From: Nemertoderma westbladi
Lineage: Eukaryota > Animalia > Xenacoelomorpha
Reading direction: 5' to 3'
Assembly (NCBI GenBank): GCA_032718475.1
Contig: JAUCBJ010008654.1
Coordinates: 1-46,377, forward strand
DNA length: 46,377 nt
Made by a program: the position numbers and the translations under genes. The notes beneath the pieces are model-generated. The model was not told the origin of the DNA. It ran no database searches and saw only the letters and a list, made by a program, of their open reading frames with translations. Each line of letters starts with the position of its first letter. Positions within the stretch are counted from its first letter, which is position 1. This document shows, piece after piece, positions 1-13,503 of this stretch.

Positions 1-1103
1 AGCCTACTTTCCCTTAATGTGCCCTTGAATTGCTGGACAGTCTCCTGCATCTGCCCGAGCAGGATATCCATCCCCCGCCGTCTCTCGTCCACCCATTCGA
101 CCGCCGAAGCGGGAGTCGCCAACGTTGTAGCGGGCGGACGAGGGACAACGGGTGACAAATTGTGAATATTTCGCTCGGGGTCCAGGACCTGAACTGTCTC
201 TTGGGCAGTTCTACGGGGCACAGGTAGCTTAGTGCTATGTAGAGGGAATTTATAGGTAGCTTCAGGGAGCACAGGTGTATCTATTACCGTAGGGGTGATT
301 TCAAGAACAGGCCTACTTATTTCAGGCTCATCTACTATAGTAGGGAGTCTTTCTATTTTAATTATTTGGTCTGTGGGCTCTGTACTACCTAAGTTGGTGT
401 TATTTAGCTGCCTTCTAACAGCTGGAGGCAAATCAGGCAATTTCTGACGGTGGAATGTTCTTTTACGTCTACTTGGACGAGATATATTTCCCTTGCCTTC
501 AGTATCGGTGGTATCGCCTTCCTCAGATGATGTATATCCCTGTCTTTTGGGAGTAGATCGATTCATCATCTGCATATTACTAGCTGCTAACTGTTTATTT
601 ATGCAGTCTTGATTCTCCTGAATGTTTTCCAATTCTAATTGGGTGATTTCGTCAGCCGCTTTCTTTTCTGCTTCTGCCACTTTTGTCTCTGCCGCTGCCT
701 CTGCCTCTGCCGCTGCTTCTGCCGCTTTTGCCTCTGCCGCTGCCTTGGCCGCTGCCGCCTTTCTTTCTGCTTCTGCAACTACTACTGCTGCTTTCTTTCT
801 GTCTTCTATACGTTTTTTCCTTACTTGTTCTTCCCTTTCTCTAGCGATGCGGAGTTGTTCATCGAATTTAGCTTGGTTCGCCGCTAACCTATCCACATCA
901 ATCGCATCTAACACAAGTTTGGCTCCTTCGCTATTAGGGCTAAGTCCCTCTAGCCTTCTCCTCAACTCTTTATCTCCCAAAAAACGTTGATAGTCCGACA
1001 GGTAGATGTCAATGGCATCCCTCTTATGCGGCTTCTCTGCCGTCACTTCGCTCTCGGTTGTATCTAGTAGACTGTCTGATAGGTTCTGTCTTGCGTCAGA
1101 CAT
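1..1103 (-). CDS. gag: N-terminal part of BEL/Pao Gag-Pol polyprotein (partial)
   Basis: ATG at 1103 (minus). Reads MSDARQNLSDSLLDTT-ESEVTAEKPHKRDAIDIYLSDYQRF...IEDRK-(Ala/Glu-rich)-TQLELENIQENQDCINKQL, homologous to 30408 onward. It is probably absent from the ORF track because no stop falls inside the window. Confidence 0.85.
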   Translation of the reverse strand, partial: MSDARQNLSDSLLDTTESEVTAEKPHKRDAIDIYLSDYQRFLGDKELRRRLEGLSPNSEGAKLVLDAIDVDRLAANQAKFDEQLRIAREREEQVRKKRIEDRKKAAVVVAEAERKAAAAKAAAEAKAAEAAAEAEAAAETKVAEAEKKAADEITQLELENIQENQDCINKQLAASNMQMMNRSTPKRQGYTSSEEGDTTDTEGKGNISRPSRRKRTFHRQKLPDLPPAVRRQLNNTNLGSTEPTDQIIKIERLPTIVDEPEISRPVLEITPTVIDTPVLPEATYKFPLHSTKLPVPRRTAQETVQVLDPERNIHNLSPVVPRPPATTLATPASAVEWVDERRRGMDILLGQMQETVQQFKGTLRESR

Positions 1104-3254
1104 GCTTATGTGTACAGTTGAATGTCTACTGCTGTATTACAGTCTGAGCAAGTCTAGTAACTCAGTATTAACTGATAGCCTAGAAATTAATTACCGGTAC
1201 TGCTACTCAGTGTAGCGTGATATATATAATATATTAGAATACCGGTATGCTTATAGTATATATAACTATTATTACAGACTAGGTTTATCATAGAATACCG
1301 GTATAATTTTAGCACAAATATATATAAATATATAATAGGCCTATCGGGAATACCGGTATACAGCTTACAGTTTATAGTATATATAATTCTGGACTAGAAT
1401 TAATTACAAGTACCGGTATAATTTCAGCCTAAATTTATAGAAATAAAGATAATAGGCCTATCGTAAATACCGGTATATCAATTATTTTAAATAATTGAAT
1501 TTCTGTATTTTAGGGTTACTTGATTACTTTACTTACTTTACTTTACTACCGTTATTTAAGCAGTAATCCAACTGATATTGAGACCTAATGGTTGTATGGT
1601 AGGCCTACTATTTATAAATCGTTAGATTTGATTTATAATATATATATACCCGTTTTAATGGGTTTTGTCTATGTTTGAAATAAATGTTATTATTTCTGGG
1701 GTAATCACTACACAAAGCGGTGCGCTTTCAGTGAAGTGTTACGTATAGGACACTAAAACAAATAATTCTAATTTACCTAAGTTACTTAATACTACAAATT
1801 ACGTACAATTCGGGTGAGATTACAATCTCTAAATAAACACAAAAATTTACAAAAACACAAATACGAATTTTTAGGGTAATTTTACAAGAAGTCTACAAAC
1901 CAGCCTAACAAAGGGTTAGAAAACCGGTTATTACAACGGACAGGGTACTACGGTATTTGAAATAATAAGTAGTAGTAAATACACTGCGTTGTCCAGATAG
2001 GAAAATACCACCGCCTGACGACCTATAGCCGTATCGCTATAGGTTCTACGTTATGTATCACGGAGTGTTCCTACCTAGAAGTTAATAGAGCTAATCGAAT
2101 GTGCCTATCAACCACTTTACAACACAAATATAATGCCTACAATAATTACTTCGGAAAGTACTGTACACTAAACCCTAAATTAGGTACGAGTACTTGTACA
2201 ACAGATAATCAGTAATTAAATATACTTGAACAGCTAAAAGAACCACGGCATCTGCTGGAGTGACCGATGCACAAAATCACCAGTCTTTACCTACGCCGAG
2301 CAGCCCGTGTAGTACCGGGGTTAATTTAACTATAGCGGTATGTATAACAAACACAATTACTGTAGGAACAAACTTGGGGACTTGAATGTTGCGGATAATC
2401 GCATAAACTCTGAATAATAAATATTACGCTACGCGTACAAACTACTCAAACAAAATACAGACCGAACACTGACAGACTACTATCAAGCCTAAACAAACTA
2501 CGGTATATGCAGACTCCGAAATGATTAGGGAGTATGCGCTCTAACCCAGTAGTGCGACTTATTCTTTAGTTGGGGGTTTACCTTACAGCGTTCGCTGCCC
2601 CTACTGCCTAACCGTACTTAATCGGACAGATGATCTACACACGCGGCAATCCGTTCAGACCTAATAACAGCCAGACAACTATCCAGCCTACAAATTATCT
2701 AAATAAAATTATACGCTACCCGTACAGACTTACACAAACAAAGTACAGACTAAACGATGGCAGACTACTCTCAAGCCTAAATAAACTACAGGACATGCAG
2801 ACTCCGAAATGATTAGGGAGTATGCGCTCTAACCCAGTAGTGCGACTTATTCTTTAGTTGGGGGTTTACCTTACCGCATTGGCTGCCCCTACTTCCTAAC
2901 CGTACTTAATCGGACAAGTGCTCTACACACACTGCAATTCGTTCGGACTTAACAGCAATCAGACAACAGCTCAGCCTACAAATTGTCTGTACAATCTGAT
3001 CAGGTTTACACGCCTTCTGTTCAATACTGGCCTACAAACAAATAAAACTGACAGAAATAGGCCTAAGTAAAATCCCAATAAAAACCAGGCGTCCCCGATT
3101 AATTATTAAGACCTACCGGCATATATAATCAAATCGAATAATACTGCTGTACTTATACGGAAGTAGGTACCGGTCCGGATGATCAGGCAGTCAGGCCTAC
3201 TGGTTACCGGTCGACCGGTACTTTCGACTTTATTGCTTACTGCAATAAAGAAGC

Positions 3255-3266
3255 TATATCCTTTAA
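3255..3266 (-). promoter_or_regulatory. Non-tRNA primer-binding site of copy A (sense TTAAAGGATATA), complementary to LTR site 4027-4038
   Basis: Directly abuts the LTR end at 3267. Plus strand 3255-3266 TATATCCTTTAA is the exact reverse complement of 4027-4038 TTAAAGGATATA. Confidence 0.75.
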
Positions 3267-4483
3267 TGTTCGCGCTTTCAGACCTTTGGCAGTTTAACCC
3301 ACCAAATTAAGATGTCTTCTAGATATTAAATCGGTTTTTAGTCTATGACAAGTATTTGATTCACTACACTAGTCGAAACCAATCCGTGCGCGACCATTCA
3401 CCCGCTGGATATTCCCGGGAGATTGGGTTCGACGGTTTAATTTTATTGCTATGTAAGCCTAATGTATTATTCGACTGACAGTACTATATAATCTCTGACA
3501 ATATTATTCACCTTCGGTAATATTAACAGTTCCTTTAGGACGTGGCGCTTTATCTATATAAACAGAGTTATGACTTAAACTACTCACAACGATATGGCTT
3601 AATTATAATTCACATATATGGCGCATTCTTTAGGAATTGCTTCTTTAACAGACTCACTCATACACAATGCTGCACAATACTGCACACTAATCTGCCGATC
3701 TTCACTGATTTTAGTCACATATAAAAGGAACACAGACTGACTCATGTAGGGTCTATCAAATAACATTAGATTCACTTCAAACCACTTTAACATAAGTCAC
3801 AATCGTTTATCTGTAACCTTTCTCTCTTACCTTCGGTATATCAAGAATATTGGGTTTCGGGGTTATTTATCGTTATTCCAAATATAATAATTCATCAACC
3901 ATATTATGAAGAACTGACGGTAAATAGCAGTATAAAACAACAACTGAACACTGATTGTTATGAGTTTGCAATGTTTCAGCAGTCAGTATGTATGATCAGT
4001 TAGCAGTGATTCCATGAGTCAGGTAGTTAAAGGATATATGCCCTTTATAATTAAACCTACTAGTGTAAGACTAAAAACTGAAAACACGGAGGTGCCAAAG
4101 CCGGTTCTTAGGCTCTGGGCAAAAAACATAACACTGAACTACTGAGTTTCTGTATATACCTCCAACACAAAGACAACAAACGCTCTGATTGGTCAACCTG
4201 AACAACGAGAGAACAGAGAAACAAAGAAACGTCGACGTGGCAATATCAGCTGCTAGCCGTCGTCATGGTAGCGACACTGTTTTCAAGAGTATCGAGCTTT
4301 TACGTCACGGAATTACGGATTATGTCCTCTAAAGTACAAATACAGAAGAAATAGCTCTTATGTCCGCCAAAACACCAGTACAGCAAGGACACGGCCTTTT
4401 TATGCCTGGTAAACCAACTATACAGAGTACTTTACGGGAAAAATAAGGAAAAATAACCGGACAATTCAGTAAAAGCTTTTACA
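3267..4483 (-). repeat. 5' LTR of copy A (~1.2 kb, TGT...ACA)
   Basis: Sense termini are TGTAAAAGC...GCGCGAACA, matching 43134-44310; CCAAT box conserved. Confidence 0.9.
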
Positions 4484-7400
4484 GGACCAGATACCAATGC
4501 TAGAGGACCAGATACCAATGCTACAGGACCAGATTCCAATGCTATAGGACCAGATTCCAATCTATAGGACCAGATTCCAAAGCTATATGACCAGATTCCA
4601 ATGCTATAGGACCAGATACCAGTGCTACAGGACCAGATTCCAATGCTATAGGACCAGATTCCAATGCTATAGGACCAGATTCCAAGCTATAGGACCAGAT
4701 ACCAATGCTACAGGACCAGATACCAATGCTACAGGACCAGATTCCAATGCTATAGGACCAGATTACAATGTTATAGGACCAGATTCCAATCTATAGGACC
4801 AGATTCCAATGCTATAGGACCAGATTCCAATGCTATAGGACCAGATACCAGTGCTACAGGACCAGATTCCAATGCTATAGGACCAGATTCCAATGCTATA
4901 GGACCAGATTCCAATGCTATAGGACCAGATTCCAATGCTATAGGACCAGATTACAATGCTATAGGACCAGATACCAATGCTACAGGACCAGATTCCAATG
5001 CTATAGGACCAGATTCCAATGCTACAGGACCAGATTCCAATGCTATAGGACCAGATACCAATGCTACAGGACCAGATTCCAATGCTATAGGACCAGATTC
5101 CAATCAATAGGACCAGATTCCAATGCTATAGGACCAGATTCCAATGCTATAGGACCAGATTCCAATCTATAGGACCAGATTCCAATGCTATAGGACCAGA
5201 TTCCAATGCTATAGGACCAGATTCCAATGCTATAGGACCAGATTCCAATGCTATAGGACCAGATACCAATGCTATAGGACCAGATTCCAATGCTACAGGA
5301 CCAGATTCCAATGCTATAGGACCAAATACCAATGCTACAGGACCAGATTCCAATGCTACAGGACCAGATACCAATGCTACAGGACCAGATTCCAATGATA
5401 TAGGACCAGATTCCAAACTATAGGACCAGATACCAATGCTACAGAACCAGATTCCAATGCTATAGGACCAGATACCAATGCTACAGGACCAGATTCCAAT
5501 GCTATAGGACCAGATTCCAATCAATAGGACCAGATTCCAATGCTATAGGACCAGATTCCAATGCTATAGGACCAGATACCAGTGCTACAGGACCAGATTC
5601 CAATGCTATAGGACCAGATTCCAATGCTATAGGACCAGATTCCAATCTATAGGACCAGATTCCAATGCTATAGGACCAGATTCCAATGCTATAGGACCAG
5701 ATTCCAATGCTATAGGACCAGATTCCAATGCTATAGGACCAGATACCAATGCTATAGGACCAGATTCCAATGCTACAGGACCAGATTCCAATGCTATAGG
5801 ACCAAATACCAATGCTACAGGACCAGATTCCAATGCTACAGGACCAGATACCAATGCTACAGGACCAGATTCCAATGCTATAGGACCAGATTCCAAACTA
5901 TAGGACCAGATACCAATGCTACAGAACCAGATTCCAATGCTATATGACCAGATACCAATGCTACAGGACCAGATTCCAATGCTATAGGACCAGATTCCAA
6001 TCAATAGGACCAGATTCCAATGCTATAGGACCAGATTCCAATGCTATAGGACCAGATACCAGTGCTACAGGACCAGATTCCAATGCTATAGGACCAGATT
6101 CCAATGCTATAGGACCAGATTCCAATCTATAGGACCAGATTCCAATGCTATAGGACCAGATTCCAATGCTATAGGACCAGATTCCAATGCTATAGGACCA
6201 GATTCCAATGCTATAGGACCAGATACCAATGCTATAGGACCAGATTCCAATGCTACAGGACCAGATTCCAATGCTATAGGACCAAATACCAATGCTACAG
6301 GACCAGATTCCAATGCTACAGGACCAGATACCAATGCTACAGGACCAGATTCCAATGCTATAGGACCAGATTCCAAACTATAGGACCAGATACCAATGCT
6401 ACAGAACCAGATTCCAATGCTATAGGCCCAGATACCAATGCTACAGGACCAGATTCCAATGCTATAGGACCAGATACCAGTGCTACAGGACCAGATTCCA
6501 ATGCTATAGGACCAGATTCCAATGCTATAGGACCAGATTACAATGCTATAGGACCAGATTCCAATGCTATAGGACCAGATTACAATGCCATAGGACCAGA
6601 TACCAATGCTACAGGACCAGATTCCAATGCTATAGGACCAGATTCCAATGCTACAGGACCAGATTCCAATGCTATAGGACCAGATACCAATGCTACAGGA
6701 CCAGATTCCAATGCTATAGGACCAGATTCTAATCAATAGGACCAGATTCCAATGTTATAGGACCAGATTCCAATGCTATAGGACCAGATACCAGTGCTAC
6801 AGGACCAGATTCCAATGCTATAGGACCAGATTCCAATGCTATAGGACCAGATACCAGTGCTACAGGACCATATTCCAATGCTATAGGACCAGATTCCAAT
6901 GCTATAGGACCAGATTCCAATGCTATAGGACCAGATTCCAATGCTATAGGACCAGATTCCAATGCTATAGGACCAGATTACAATGCTATAGGACCAGATA
7001 CCAATGCTACAGGACCAGATTCCAATGCTATAGGACCAGATTCCAATGCTACAGGACCAGATTCCAATGCTATAAGACCAGATACCAATGCTACAGGACC
7101 AGATTCCAATGCTATAGGACCAGATTCCAATCAATAGGACCAGATTCCAATGCTATAGGACCAGATTCCAATGCTATAGGACCAGATACCAATGCTATAG
7201 GACCAGATTCCAATGCTACAGGACCAGATTCCAATGCTATAGGACCAGATACCAATGCTACAGGACCAGATTCCAATGCTAAAGGACCAGATACCAATGC
7301 TACAGGACCAGATTCCAATGCTATAGGACCAGATTCCAATGCTACAGGACCAGATTCCAATGCTATAGGACCAGATACCAATGCTACAGGACCAGATTCC

Positions 7401-8558
7401 AATGCTACAGGACCAGATACCAATGCTACAGGACCAGATTCCAATGCTATAGGACCAGATTCCAAACTATAGGACCAGATACCAATGCTACAGAACCAGA
7501 TTCCAATGCTATAGGACCAGATTCCAATGCTATAGGACCAGATTCCAATCTATAGGACCAGATTCCAATCTATAGGACCAGATTCAAATGCTATAGGACC
7601 AGATACCAGTGCTACAGGGCCAGATTCCAATGCTATAGGACCAGATTACAATGCTTTAGGACCAGATTCCAATGCTATAGGACCAGATTCCAATGCTATA
7701 GGACCAGATTCCAATGCTGTAGGATCAGATTCCAATGCTATAGGACCAGATTCCAATCTATAGGACCAGATTCCAATGCTATAGGACCAGATTCTAATGC
7801 TATAGGACCAGATTCCAATGCTATAGGACCAGATTCCAATGCTATAGGACCAGATTCCAATGCAATATGACCAGATTCCAATGCTATAGGACCAGATTCC
7901 AATGCTATAGGACCAGATTCCAATGCTTTAGGACCAGATTCCAATGACATAGGACCAGATTCCAATGCTATAGGACCAGATTCCAATTTATAGGACCAGA
8001 TTCCAATGCTATAGGACCAGATTCCAATGCTATAGGACCAGATTCCAATGCTATAGGACCAGATTCCAATGCTATAGGACCAGATTACAATGCTATAGGA
8101 CCAGATTCCAAGCTATAGGACCAGATACCAATGCTACAGGACCAGATTCCAATGCTATAGGACCAGATTCCAATGCTATAGGACCAGATTCCAATGCTAT
8201 AGGACCAGATTCCAATGCTATAGGACCAGATTCCAATGATATAGGACCAGATTCCAATGCTATATGACCAGATTCCAATGCTATAGGACCAGATTCAAAT
8301 CTATAGGACCAGATTCCAATGCTATAGGACCAGATTCCAATGCTATAGGACCAGATACCAGTGCTACAGGACCAGATTCCAATGCTATAGGACCAGATTC
8401 CAATGCTATAGGACCAGATTCCAATGCTATAGGACCAGATTACAATGCTATAGGACCAGATACCAATGCTACAGGACCAGATTCCAATGCTATAGGACCA
8501 GATACCAATGCTATAGGACCAGATACCAATGCTATAGGACCAGATACCAGTGCTATAG
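4484..8558. repeat. 21-bp tandem satellite (consensus GGACCAGATTCCAATGCTATA), ~190 units, with a local 480-bp higher-order period
   Basis: Directly visible. The variant ACCAAATACC recurs at 5321, 5801 and 6281. Confidence 0.98.
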
Positions 8559-9118
8559 ACGTTTCACCTTCAAGGGAAAAGTTTGTTTTTTATTTATATA
8601 ATTATAGTTTTGTTTTGACCTCAGGCCAATATTATTTATTTATTAATATTTATTATATCACCCACCATAAAAACACAAACAATGCAAATTATAATATGCT
8701 ACTATAATATTTTATTGTTGGTGTTTATGGTATACTGTCAATTAATTATGACCCAGACAATCAACCCTATTTCCTATCCACATAATAATATAGATTGAGA
8801 TTTTATTGACTTTTTGCAGCGAACAACTTATAAACGAGCACAGTATATCGAATATTACATGTAAAATAGCGATAAATTTTAATTAAGAACGATTTACTAC
8901 AAATAGTCTAAATGCTTATTAACAAGGACAGCTAATTCCGACCCACTAAAATATCCATGAAACTTAATTGGGCCGCAATTGTCGGTGTTGGATTTTCCGG
9001 GTCGGAAGTGTTCGGGTCGGAATTGTCCGCTTATTAATTATTATCCCATCGTATTGTTTTTTTATATTCATTCTTACATTCTCATGTAATCTTAAATATT
9101 TCATACTTTCTTGTTTAG

Positions 9119-9356
9119 GAATGTGAATAATACGAGGAAGAGTAAACAACTGCTGAAATCCAAGCGGGCTGTTTGGTCACCGAATTCATCTGTACGTCTC
9201 TGCGAAGCCTTCAGAGAAGAGATAAACGGAAAGTGGATTCCGAGAAATAATACCAAAATTGCATCTGTCCGTCGTCTATTTCCCGAAAAAACTGACAAAC
9301 AAATATACCAACGACTCAACGTTCTCAAACTAAAGATGAAACATGCCAAACCTTAA
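9119..9356 (+). other. Possible terminal exon or relic encoding a Myb/SANT-like helix-turn-helix
   Basis: Acceptor-like TTTCTTGTTTAG ending at 9118. Peptide ..KRAVWSPNSSVRLCEAF..RRLFPEKTDKQIYQRLNVLK resembles a SANT/Myb pattern. Confidence 0.35.
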
Positions 9357-9548
9357 CAAACAAACCGAACGTTATATCATATCTGTCGGCCTAGTTAAAT
9401 TCATAGTTAAATGAAGTGGGGGTTCTATAACTCACAAGAGCTAATCCTGAACAATGTTGTTGGCAAGCCTCATATTTGGACCCAATTTTATTGCAAAAAT
9501 TTATAATGTTTCTGCATTTAGTAGCTGAAACCTGAAATTGTTGCCCAA

Positions 9549-9755
9549 GTGAAGAATACCAGGTTTTCACTTTTCGGTTGAAATTATATTGTAATTTTAT
9601 ATTTGAAGAATTTGTATTTTTTTTAAATCCTTATTAAGTGTTTTTTGCACTCATTTCAGTCTTATAACCTGTACAGATACTAAGTCGTTTATTGTTTTGG
9701 TTAGATTCAGCCCTTCTGTAACCTGTATTTTTAGTGAAAACCTGGTATTCTTCAC
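9549..9755. repeat. 23-bp perfect inverted repeat pair (MITE-like relic)
   Basis: GTGAAGAATACCAGGTTTTCACT at 9549-9571 and its reverse complement at 9733-9755. Confidence 0.55.
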
Positions 9756-9884
9756 ATTGGGGTAAACTGTAAAGTGAAATATAACAGCAGAAAGTCTGGT
9801 ATATTTTACAATGGCTGAAATTGGTCATCAAGTTGTGAATGAATTCTCAGTTTGGTGTCCAAATAATGTCCGGCGAAAAATGTT

Positions 9885-10240
9885 ATCCCGGTCCCGATCA
9901 AGACTTTTATGGAACGGGATCCCGAAGTATAAATAGTGAAGTAAAATTGTTGAATATTATATGAATATTGAACCAGAACAAAATATTATTTTTGTAACGA
10001 ATTTGTATTTCGTCATAGTAAACCATCCAGTAATCAACTATAAATTAATTTTACTATAACTTTATATTACTAATATTTGAGTAAAAACCCATTTCGTACA
10101 AACAACTCCAGATATACTGAAAACTTTGAAGAAAATTGAATTCAAATTGCAATCACGATCCCGAAAATCGGGATCGCGAGGATGGTAATCCCGGTCCCGA
10201 TCCCGGAAATCCCGAAAAGTCTGATCCCGTTTAAACACTA
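9885..10240. mobile_element. hAT-like DNA transposon end with clustered ATCCCG subterminal repeats
   Basis: Many ATCCCG/CGGGAT motifs ending in ...CCCGTTTAAACACTA (TAGTG-type terminus). Partner end and TSD not found. Confidence 0.4.
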
Positions 10241-11529
10241 GTACACACATAATTTTATATTTCCTTGAAGGAGGGTAAAAAAGAAAAAGAAAATGTGAAT
10301 ACTTTTTTCAAATTATATGCAAATAATTTTATTTATTAAAAATATTATTGACAATTTTTTTCATTTTAGAAATTTTCTCTGTACACATTTATTTGTAATC
10401 ATATGCACTCACTATGTATGCTAAAAAAAACAAATTTTTAGCAAGTTGTTGTTTTGAAAACAATGGGTGTAAGAAGGTTTATTTCATGACATATTTCCAA
10501 CAATAACGTTTGTCTAAGATAACGCGCTAACTATTTTTTCAAGTCTCTGATTTAATTTCTGAATTCACTTTCTATGTGTGAATGAGTCTAACAGCCAGAA
10601 CTCGAGAAGTGTGAATAATATCTCACCAAGCTGTCTTCAGATTTGAAATCAATTATCTTATATAAAAATATGATCTAGAAATGATTAAAAACAAATAATT
10701 CCAAGTTATTTAGTTTAGTTTTTCAGAGTTATAGAACCATCCCCGAAATATTTGATTCTTGGAATCTAATCGTCTAGTTGTATTTTAATCATATAGTTTA
10801 GTTAAGCCTATCTTCTTAATAATTCAATTCTTTGTGCTTTGTTATTCTAATTCTTTTAAATTTAATATTAATTCAAATTAGTTTTTAGACAATTTATTTG
10901 CATTTCTCATTGCTCGCCCCGCCCCCTTTAGGAGGACTTAGTATTAGATTATGACTGACCGGCATCAGTGACAGTATTTCGATAACGGGTATTTCGTCGG
11001 ATAATAATTTGGATAATGGGCGTAACAGGCGTTATGGATCTAGGCATTCTAGGGCGTTTCGTCCCGCAATATTTAAATGGCTGTAAAAATGGGCCTGTAA
11101 TTGAAAAATGAAGTTGTTTATTAATTATTTGAAAGATAAACAGATGTTATAAGTCCTTAATAATAGTTAGTTAAGAATTAAAATAATACAGTATTAGGTC
11201 GTGGCAATGACCACTTTACACATCGAAACATTAACAATACAAGTTGTCTAATAATAAGCATGATCGATAAATTATTTCTGCTTATTTTTACACGTTAAGT
11301 ATCATAAATGTACGAATAATCTAATTTGTGATATATTTCTGACTCACAAAATTTATGTAAAATCAATCAAAAAATTTCTTAATTTCAATAATATCCGGCC
11401 TCTGTCACAATAGCCACATGGCCTATAGGCGTTACGCACTACCGCCACAATTTACACTATATGGCCCCGATATAAATCAAATTTCACACAAAGGCCACAT
11501 CTGTATATCATGGCCTTATGGTGTCGTTC

Positions 11530-11857
11530 AAGATATATAGAGATTTCTTTCAATTATCTTGGTCATATTTTGTGCTCATCCACCGATGATGACACTGACA
11601 TTACCAAGCAGTTGCACTTGTTGTATGCTAGAGCAAATTCTCTTGTGAGAAAATTTGGTAAAGCATCCATTTGTGTCAAGGTTGCGCTTTTTCGCGCTTA
11701 TTTAACCCCAATTTACTGCAATAGCCTTTGGGCTGAGAGTAACTACTCACACCGTGTCCATGAAAAGATACGAGTAGCATACAACAACTGTGCTAGATTA
11801 TTATTTAATATTCCCTATTTAACTAATGATGAACCGTATGTCGGCTACATTTGGTGA
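11530..11857 (+). pseudogene. Non-LTR retrotransposon ORF fragment, C-terminal to RT (RTEX-like)
   Basis: YLGHIL..DDDTDITKQL..LYARANSLVRKF..VKVALFRAY..LW..IRVAYNNCARLL is a motif string typical of this LINE region. Confidence 0.75.
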
Positions 11858-12231
11858 GCTTAATTTACCAATGTTTTGTCATCTACAGTCCCAATCCCAA
11901 TAAACATTAACTTGGTCATTTTGGCGGCCAAAATTACCAAAATGGCCAAGTAAAAACTGCGGTATTCATGAAAGGAACTGCTGAGGCACGTTGGCTTGTC
12001 AATCACAGCCAGTGAATACAGGCTGACTGTAAGTAAAGCCCAGCATGTTGGCGCTGAGGTAGAGTTCTGAGGTAGAGTTCTCTCTACCTTTAGGTAGAGA
12101 GAAAGGCTCCAGTGTAGTAATGGCTGGACACGCCACTGTAGTAAACATGCCTGTAAGTGTGCAGTGTGAGGCGCCCGCCCTAACTTATTATTTTCTACAT
12201 ATTGGTTCACGGTCCTTGACATAAGTGACCA

Positions 12232-13258
12232 TTATTACCGTAATGTGTGTGTGTGTGTGTGTTAGTGTGTGTGTGTGTGTGTCCAGAGCGATATCTCAGT
12301 TATTTATTAATCAATCGAAACAAAATTTGGACAAAAGTTAGATATAGGGATGGCGAAGGCTCATACAAAAAATTGGGTGTCGAGATGGTATTTGTGCGAT
12401 GTGAGCGCTATATTTGCGTGTTTTCGCATGGTTTAGGAAAAAGCTATCTTGTCATAGGGAACGCAATGAATGATTCTGATATTTGGCATGGAGGTACCTG
12501 AATTATTTCTAAATCGATTAACGGAGGCCGATTTTTAAATTTGGACCTACATTATGACCTAATTGAAGATTTAATTACAGAATTAAGGTAATTAATTAGC
12601 ACTTCTAGTACTGTCTGATTGTCTGCCTGTAGTAGGCATACCGGACCGGTACTACCTGACCACTGTAGGCCTATCTGCCTATCTTCATACTGTCATAGGT
12701 CAGTACAGCAGTAGGTCCTAGCCTAGCCCTAGCAGTAAATATAATATTTCGCCATGTTCGCAGGCGACTTCGCACTGACTACCGGTAGGCCTATGCAGCT
12801 ATGCTATTGAGATTAACCGTCCAGATGCATATGGTACCAGTACCGGAACGGGTTACGGTTTAATCCTGCATTTGTCAATTACGACAATACCGGTACGACT
12901 TTGAGTAGGCCTACCGCTGTACCGGTACGCGGTAGCCTACCGTTACCGGTTGACCGGTAGGCGTAGGCAGTAGACCTACGGTGCGATGGTAGCCAGCCGG
13001 TAGGTGGTAGGCTTACCTTACCGGTATAAATGTTGGCGGATGGCGGGATGACGTCGTGTGGCGCGTAATTACTTACCGGTTGCCGGTAGACGCCTACCCA
13101 ACTCGTAACTGGTGGTCGTGGTCGTGGTGGGATGAGCATGAGGTCGCCTACGATGGGAACAAGTGAAAAGGAAACATAGGCCTACCCGAACGAAAACGTA
13201 TTATTATTGTACTGATTAAGTAGGAGGACCGTGAACCCTCCAGGCTTGCCAGCTTGTT
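12232..13258 (+). mobile_element. Helentron/DINE-like non-autonomous element nested in the Tc1-like element
   Basis: Starts TTATTACCG followed by a (GT)n microsatellite and ends ..GCTTGCCAGCTTGTTTT in a T-run. Called on architecture only. Confidence 0.4.
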
Positions 13259-13503
13259 TTTTACTAATCTAATAATTAACACACCTTTACCTGTCACTTA
13301 GGTTACAAGCAGTGAGCTAGCACTTGCAGCGTAATAAGTAATTAATTATTTACTTTTATTCTATTCGATTGGTAATAAAAATAACAAGTTCATATATTTA
13401 ATTTGTAAACATTCTTTAAAATATGAGAAAAGTACTTTACATCGATTTTTCTTTATTTAGCTGTTTAGTACGCTATAATATAAATGCTCTCATAAATACA
13501 GTT

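Larger units (their letters stand above)
1..4483 (-). mobile_element. BEL/Pao LTR retrotransposon copy A (5' LTR, ~2.2-kb leader and start of gag; runs off the left edge of the window)
   Basis: The reverse complement is colinear with copy B (LTR 43134-44310, leader 28145-30407, ORF 30408-32495). It starts TGTAAAAGCTTTT at 4483, like the LTR at 43134. Confidence 0.93.

Noticed and set aside
622-1215. Plus-strand Ala/Cys-rich ORFs (and minus-strand ORFs at 31388-31890)
   Set aside because: Antisense shadows of the gag N-terminal repeat.
4484-8558. CRISPR-like array
   Set aside because: No unique spacers, contiguous monomers and a eukaryotic context.
4587-8707. Many repetitive ORFs (LESGPIA, IGIWSYS, GPDSNAI)
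   Set aside because: Translations of the 21-bp satellite, with frequent 1-nt deletions shifting the frame.
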